Shown here in pieces: positions 59,186 through 64,000 of a DNA stretch of 64,000 nt. The position numbers and the translations under genes were made by a program. Where the stretch lies: positions 29,833-93,832 of the forward strand of contig DAOSVM010000005.1 in NCBI GenBank assembly GCA_035379625.1. Reading direction: 5' to 3'. The notes under the pieces were generated by a model. The model had not been told where the DNA came from, did not search any database, and was given only the letters and a program-made list of their open reading frames with translations. The stretch comes from Ignavibacteriales bacterium. GTDB lineage: Bacteria > Bacteroidota > Ignavibacteria > Ignavibacteriales > DAOSCP01. Every line of letters starts with the position of its first letter. Positions within the stretch are counted from its first letter, which is position 1.

Positions 59186-62122
59186 ATGAAAAAAAATCAC
59201 CTTCTATTTATCATTGCGCTTTTAATAGCTGGGTCGCAGCAGCTATTCGCGCAATATGGTAAAGTTACTGGCAGGGTGATAGACAGCGATACAAAAGAGC
59301 CAATAATCGCGGCTGTTGTTGTCTTAACCCCTAATTATGATGACCTCTCGCTTGAAGAGCTCTTGAATATTAACACCGATGCTCAAAAAAAAGTTGCACG
59401 TACTGACGTAAATGGTTATTATACTATAATTGGTGTAAGACCTGGCAAATACGATGTACGAGTTACCAATGTTGTTGGCTACAACGAAATGACAGTACAG
59501 GGTATCAGTGTTAGTATTGGTTTAACCACAACACAGGATTTTGAAATAACTTCAAAAGCAATCCAAAAACAAGAAGTTATTGTTCGTGCACAAAGACCTC
59601 TCGTACAAAAAGACCTTACAGCTACCACTTCTATTGTAAATTCTGATTTAATCAAAGAACTTCCTGTTACAAATGTTGATGATATCTTAAAGTTACAAGC
59701 AGGTGTTACAAAAGGTGGTGGTGGTGAATTACACTTCCGTGGCGGTCGTGCTGGGCAAGTAGCATATCAAATTGATGGTGTTACTATTACAGATGGTTAC
59801 GATAATTCTGCTGTTATTGACGTTGGTACAAGTTCTATCCAGGAACTTCAAGTTGTATCGGGTGCTTTTAATGCTGAATTTGGGCAAGCAATGTCTGGTA
59901 TTATCAACATTGTAACCAAAGATGGTGACAATAAATTCTCTGGTAATGTTCAAGCTTACACTGGTTCTTACTATACAACAAGAAATGATTTATTCTGGAA
60001 TTTAGACAAAGTTAGACCAGCAATAAGAAATGTTGATGCAAGCTTTTCAGGACCTATTATTAAAGATAAATTCTTTTATTTTACTAACTTTAGATATTAT
60101 AGCACAGATGGCTATTTATATGGAAAAAGGAAATTCCATACATATAATATTCCAGTAGCTAAAACATCATCACAAGGCGGTGGTTACTATATTTATGACT
60201 ATATACAAGGTAATTATGTAAAAGTTGATCTCGAACCAGGTCGTAAATTTGCTGATGAAAAATATGTTTCAATGAATCCTAATGATCGTCTTTATGGACA
60301 GATTAAATTAACCTATAGATTAATGAATGGTGTTAACATTTCTAGCAATACTATGTATGATTATGAAAAATTCAAATTATACAATCATGGTGCTAGATTA
60401 ACACCGGATAATAATTTACAAAGATTTAGAAATGGTTTAACAACTACATTAACATTAAACCATGTTCTTTCCAATACAACCTTTTATAACTTAAACTTTT
60501 CTTACTTCGATAAACAGTATAAACATTACTTATTTGAAGACATTTATACTGGTCCAGCCTATCAAAGCATCATAGGAGTAGATACATTTTGGGTTCGCCC
60601 AACAAATTATGTTGATAATCGTTTAATTCAAAATCCTTCTTATGTTTTTGGAATTGGTGGTACTGATAATAATAGATTTGAAAGAAGAACAAAAACATAT
60701 GGAGTAAAATTTGATTTAACATCTCAGGTGACAAAAGAAATTTCTATTCAAACTGGTTTTGATGTTAAACAATTAGATTTATTCTACAAAAGTTTTAATT
60801 TAATTCCAATGACTGATGAAAGAGGTCGTGAAGTTAAGCCTTATAGCGTAATGATTCCTGAAAAATCTTCACCAAATTATGATGAATATACAAGGAAACC
60901 ATTAGAAGCTGCTGCTTATGTTCAAACAAAAATTGAAGCTTTTAATATGATTCTTAATGCAGGTTTAAGATTTGATTATTTCGATCCAGATGGTCATATC
61001 TTAGCAGATCCAGAAGATCCAAATATTTATGCACCAATGAAACCAGAAAACCAATTCTTTGATAATAATGGTAATGGTATACAGAATCCTGACGAAGCTA
61101 CAAAAACAGTAGAAGATAGAAAAGCATATTGGTATAAAAAAGCAAAAGCTAAATATCAATTATCTCCTAGATTAGGTCTTGCATTTCCTATTACTGAAAA
61201 GGGAGTAATTCACTTTTCATATGGTCAATTTTATCAATTCCCATCATATGAATTGTTATACACAAACCCAGAATTTAAAATTGGTCAAGGTTCAGGTAAT
61301 CAAGGTATAGTTGGGAATGCTGATTTGAAGCCTCAAAAAACAATAAAAGGTGAAATTGGTATCCAACAACAAATTGGCGAAGACATCTCTGTTGATGGTA
61401 CAGTATTCTTTGAAGATTTCAGAGACTTAACAGGAACTCAAAATAAAGAAATACTTGTTTACGGTAAAGCAAGATCTTATAGCCAATATGATAATACTGA
61501 CTTCGGTTTATCAAAAGGTTTCGTAATCAAATTAGCAAAAAGATTTTATGGCGGTTTATCCGTTAATTTAGATTATACATATTCAGAAGTAAAAGGTAAT
61601 GCTTCTAACCCTGCTGATGCAAGAAATGCTATTGCCGGTGGTGCTTTACCAGAAACATATATTGCTCCTTTAGATTGGGATCAAACACATTCTATTAATC
61701 TTTCAGTTGCATATAATAAAGCAAGAGACTTTGGTTTTTCAATTATAACTTATTATTACTCTGGTCAACCATATACACCATCTATTAACAAAAATTCACC
61801 AGTTAAACAAAATGCATTCCCAAGAAATAGCTCAAGAAGACCAGATCAATATAATGTTGATTTAAGGTTTAATAAAGATTTCCAAATTAGCGGAAATAAT
61901 TATTTATCAATATTTGTGAATGTATATAACTTGTTTGATTTTGATAATCCAAGATGGGTTAATACAGATACTGGTGATCCATATTTCTCATTTGGTTTAT
62001 TAGATGCTAGAAAAATTAAACCAGATTTATATGGTATAAATACATTAGAACAATTGTTCTACAATCCTGCTAATTTTGCAGAACCAAGAAGAATCGAAAT
62101 TGGTGCAAGATATAACTTTTAA
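59186..62122 (+). CDS. TonB-dependent receptor with N-terminal carboxypeptidase-regulatory-like domain
   Basis: Start at MKKNHLLFIIALL after GGAG. CarboxypepD_reg (GKVTGRVIDSDTKEPI...DVNGYYTIIGVRPGKYDV). Plug (IVNSDLIKELPVTNVDDILKLQAGV, LHFRGGRAGQVAYQIDGV). The barrel ends in ...GARYNF. Confidence 0.88.
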   Translation: MKKNHLLFIIALLIAGSQQLFAQYGKVTGRVIDSDTKEPIIAAVVVLTPNYDDLSLEELLNINTDAQKKVARTDVNGYYTIIGVRPGKYDVRVTNVVGYNEMTVQGISVSIGLTTTQDFEITSKAIQKQEVIVRAQRPLVQKDLTATTSIVNSDLIKELPVTNVDDILKLQAGVTKGGGGELHFRGGRAGQVAYQIDGVTITDGYDNSAVIDVGTSSIQELQVVSGAFNAEFGQAMSGIINIVTKDGDNKFSGNVQAYTGSYYTTRNDLFWNLDKVRPAIRNVDASFSGPIIKDKFFYFTNFRYYSTDGYLYGKRKFHTYNIPVAKTSSQGGGYYIYDYIQGNYVKVDLEPGRKFADEKYVSMNPNDRLYGQIKLTYRLMNGVNISSNTMYDYEKFKLYNHGARLTPDNNLQRFRNGLTTTLTLNHVLSNTTFYNLNFSYFDKQYKHYLFEDIYTGPAYQSIIGVDTFWVRPTNYVDNRLIQNPSYVFGIGGTDNNRFERRTKTYGVKFDLTSQVTKEISIQTGFDVKQLDLFYKSFNLIPMTDERGREVKPYSVMIPEKSSPNYDEYTRKPLEAAAYVQTKIEAFNMILNAGLRFDYFDPDGHILADPEDPNIYAPMKPENQFFDNNGNGIQNPDEATKTVEDRKAYWYKKAKAKYQLSPRLGLAFPITEKGVIHFSYGQFYQFPSYELLYTNPEFKIGQGSGNQGIVGNADLKPQKTIKGEIGIQQQIGEDISVDGTVFFEDFRDLTGTQNKEILVYGKARSYSQYDNTDFGLSKGFVIKLAKRFYGGLSVNLDYTYSEVKGNASNPADARNAIAGGALPETYIAPLDWDQTHSINLSVAYNKARDFGFSIITYYYSGQPYTPSINKNSPVKQNAFPRNSSRRPDQYNVDLRFNKDFQISGNNYLSIFVNVYNLFDFDNPRWVNTDTGDPYFSFGLLDARKIKPDLYGINTLEQLFYNPANFAEPRRIEIGARYNF

Positions 62123-62134
62123 TGAGGTATGAAA

Positions 62135-64000
62135 ATGCAGAAAATAAATAAAATAGTATTACTGATTTGTGCTTTTGTTAGTATCACATTAGCACAAAAT
62201 CCCACTAAGCTAAGAACAAGTGATCCATCTTTATATACTATTGGTTACATGACAGGTAACCGCGTGGGTATATCTTTCTATAATGACGGTGCAATTTCTG
62301 GTTTTAATCAAGGTGTTGATATTAGAGGTGAATGGCCTTTAGGTTCTGGATATAATTATATTGGTGATTTAACTCCTCTTATAGGTGTTGAAGCTTTTGC
62401 TAATGATAGTGCTAAAACTAAATTCCACTCGGTTAGTATATCAAGAGGTCCAAGAAAAGGTCAATACGATGAAAAAGATCCTAAAACTGGCTTGTTCTGG
62501 GGATTTAATCCAGTTCCAGGTTTTAGAAATCCACAATATCAATCTGTAGCAATAAGCGATGAACCTAAATCATGGCCAGTTGAAGGTTGGGCTGATCAAC
62601 CTACCTGGAAAGATGAAAAAGGAAATACACAATGGAATGGTTATTTTGGTAGAGGTGTAATAAATGCTGATCTTGAAACTTATTATGTAGCAGATGACCA
62701 TTGGGATAGAGAATTTAACAAAACATATAATTTTTATCCAAATGCTTTAAGTGGTGATACTTCTCGTATGGGTATGGGATTACAAATGTTTGTAAGAGGT
62801 TTCCAATGGAATAATATTTTAGCACAGGATGTAATATTTTGGTTATACAAAATCAAAAATGATGGGGTTAATCCATTTAGAAAAGCTGCTTTCGGTACTG
62901 TAGTGGGTACACTTGCAGGTGGTGATGGTGATTCTCAGGACGATTTAGGGTTCTTTGACCCACAAGATTGGATTACTTATTCATGGGATGCAGATAATAA
63001 AGGTAATAAAGGACAAAAAGTTGGTTATGTGGGGTATGCTTATTTGGAATCACCTGGCAATGCATATAATGGTATTGATGATGATGATGACTGTCCAAGT
63101 CCAAATATTGAAAGATTTACCGCTGCCGATTTTGACACAACAAAGGTATTTAATGTTGGTGATGAAGTAATTCTAATTGATAGTTTATATAACAGAACAA
63201 AGGCTACTGTTCAACCTGGTACTAACTATTTCAAAACTTGCGGAACTACTGTTGTTGTTGAAGCTGGTGTTACACCACGAAGAGAAGGATGGATTATTGG
63301 TTATATTTGGCCAGGCCAAAAAGGGTTAAAACCAAATCCTATAAAAGGTGCTGTTGCTGTTATGCATGAATCTGCTTATGATGGTATTGATAACGATTTA
63401 GATGGTTTGATTGATGAAAACCAATCATTACATTATTTAGCTAGGGTAAATTATCAAGCACCTGACGGTACCACAAAACCAAAGCCAGCTTTAAAAAGAA
63501 TTGATTACTTCAAATTATTGTCTACAAAAGATTATAATACTTATTGGCATCCTTTGGTCGATGAAAAAAGAGACAATGATGCTGGTAATAAAATTACAAC
63601 CTATGTCAAAACCAAAGATGGTGTGGAACTAAAAACATTTTGGTCAGGTGATGAAGATGGAGATTGGAATCCTGAAACAGATGATGTTGGTAGTGATGGT
63701 ATTGGACCTTTAGATGATGGTTATACTGGTCCTGATCCAGACGGTAGTGAAGGAAATGGAAAACCAGATCAAGGCGAACCTAATTTTGGGAAAACTGATT
63801 CTGATGAAAGTGATCAGATAGGATTAACAGGTTTTAATTTCTTTGCATTAGCTGATGGTCCAGATATGAGCCAGGATGAAGATTTGTGGCAAAGAATGGA
63901 ACCAGGTAGATTTGATGTTATACCAGCTAAACCTCAAGATGGTGATTTTATTTATTCATCTGGTTATTTCCCATTATTACCTGATAAAGAAGAAACCTTC
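62135..64000 (+). CDS. secreted hypothetical protein with Asp-rich calcium-binding-like motifs (partial; runs off the window)
   Basis: This ORF is not in the supplied track because it has no stop. I translated 622 codons by hand from ATG 62135 and found no stop. Signal peptide MQKINKIVLLICAFVSITLAQ. Motifs DGIDNDLDGLIDEN and DDVGSDGIGPLDDGYTGPDPDGSEGNGKPD. It lies 12 bp downstream of the TonB receptor. Confidence 0.75.
   Translation, partial: MQKINKIVLLICAFVSITLAQNPTKLRTSDPSLYTIGYMTGNRVGISFYNDGAISGFNQGVDIRGEWPLGSGYNYIGDLTPLIGVEAFANDSAKTKFHSVSISRGPRKGQYDEKDPKTGLFWGFNPVPGFRNPQYQSVAISDEPKSWPVEGWADQPTWKDEKGNTQWNGYFGRGVINADLETYYVADDHWDREFNKTYNFYPNALSGDTSRMGMGLQMFVRGFQWNNILAQDVIFWLYKIKNDGVNPFRKAAFGTVVGTLAGGDGDSQDDLGFFDPQDWITYSWDADNKGNKGQKVGYVGYAYLESPGNAYNGIDDDDDCPSPNIERFTAADFDTTKVFNVGDEVILIDSLYNRTKATVQPGTNYFKTCGTTVVVEAGVTPRREGWIIGYIWPGQKGLKPNPIKGAVAVMHESAYDGIDNDLDGLIDENQSLHYLARVNYQAPDGTTKPKPALKRIDYFKLLSTKDYNTYWHPLVDEKRDNDAGNKITTYVKTKDGVELKTFWSGDEDGDWNPETDDVGSDGIGPLDDGYTGPDPDGSEGNGKPDQGEPNFGKTDSDESDQIGLTGFNFFALADGPDMSQDEDLWQRMEPGRFDVIPAKPQDGDFIYSSGYFPLLPDKEETF

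Overview
This is an AT-rich bacterial chromosome segment. Type IX secretion (T9SS) C-terminal sorting domains (...NYPNPFNPTT...), FadL and TonB-dependent outer-membrane proteins, and a pyruvate:ferredoxin oxidoreductase (PFOR) suggest an FCB-group organism, Ignavibacteria/Bacteroidota-like. That placement is inference only. I call 42 CDS, 1 frameshifted gene, one tRNA-Ser(GCU) and a set of hairpin terminators.

The coding content is mostly housekeeping:
- A proteostasis cluster: clpC, dnaK, 2x hsp20, pfpI, lon, htpG.
- nifJ (PFOR), gap, cysK/cysE, manA and a fused pheA-DAHP synthase.
- A nucleoside-salvage operon: cdd-tdk-nupC-PNP-permease.
- Two TonB-dependent receptors and several T9SS cargo proteins.
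- A soluble [FeFe]-hydrogenase-like chemoreceptor.

The main signal not explained by genes is non-coding. It is a family of ORF-less elements of 411-516 bp, with four intact copies: A 169-684, B 36156-36652, C 40449-40918 and D 42943-43353. There are also relics at 58296-58893, at 42890-42940, and one lying in-frame inside manA at 50561-50595.

Each intact element has these parts:
- 20-bp terminal inverted repeats (TIRs): TTAGCTCAGACRGTGTAAGC...GCTTATACYGTCYGAGCTAA.
- GC-rich subterminal hairpins whose position is conserved but whose sequence differs between copies.
- An AT-rich core built from a 13-nt motif phased every 17 bp, with abutting inverted half-sites.

Three co-oriented copies bracket nifJ and a frameshifted T9SS gene. 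No transposase lies in the window. I cannot tell from the sequence alone whether this family is already catalogued.
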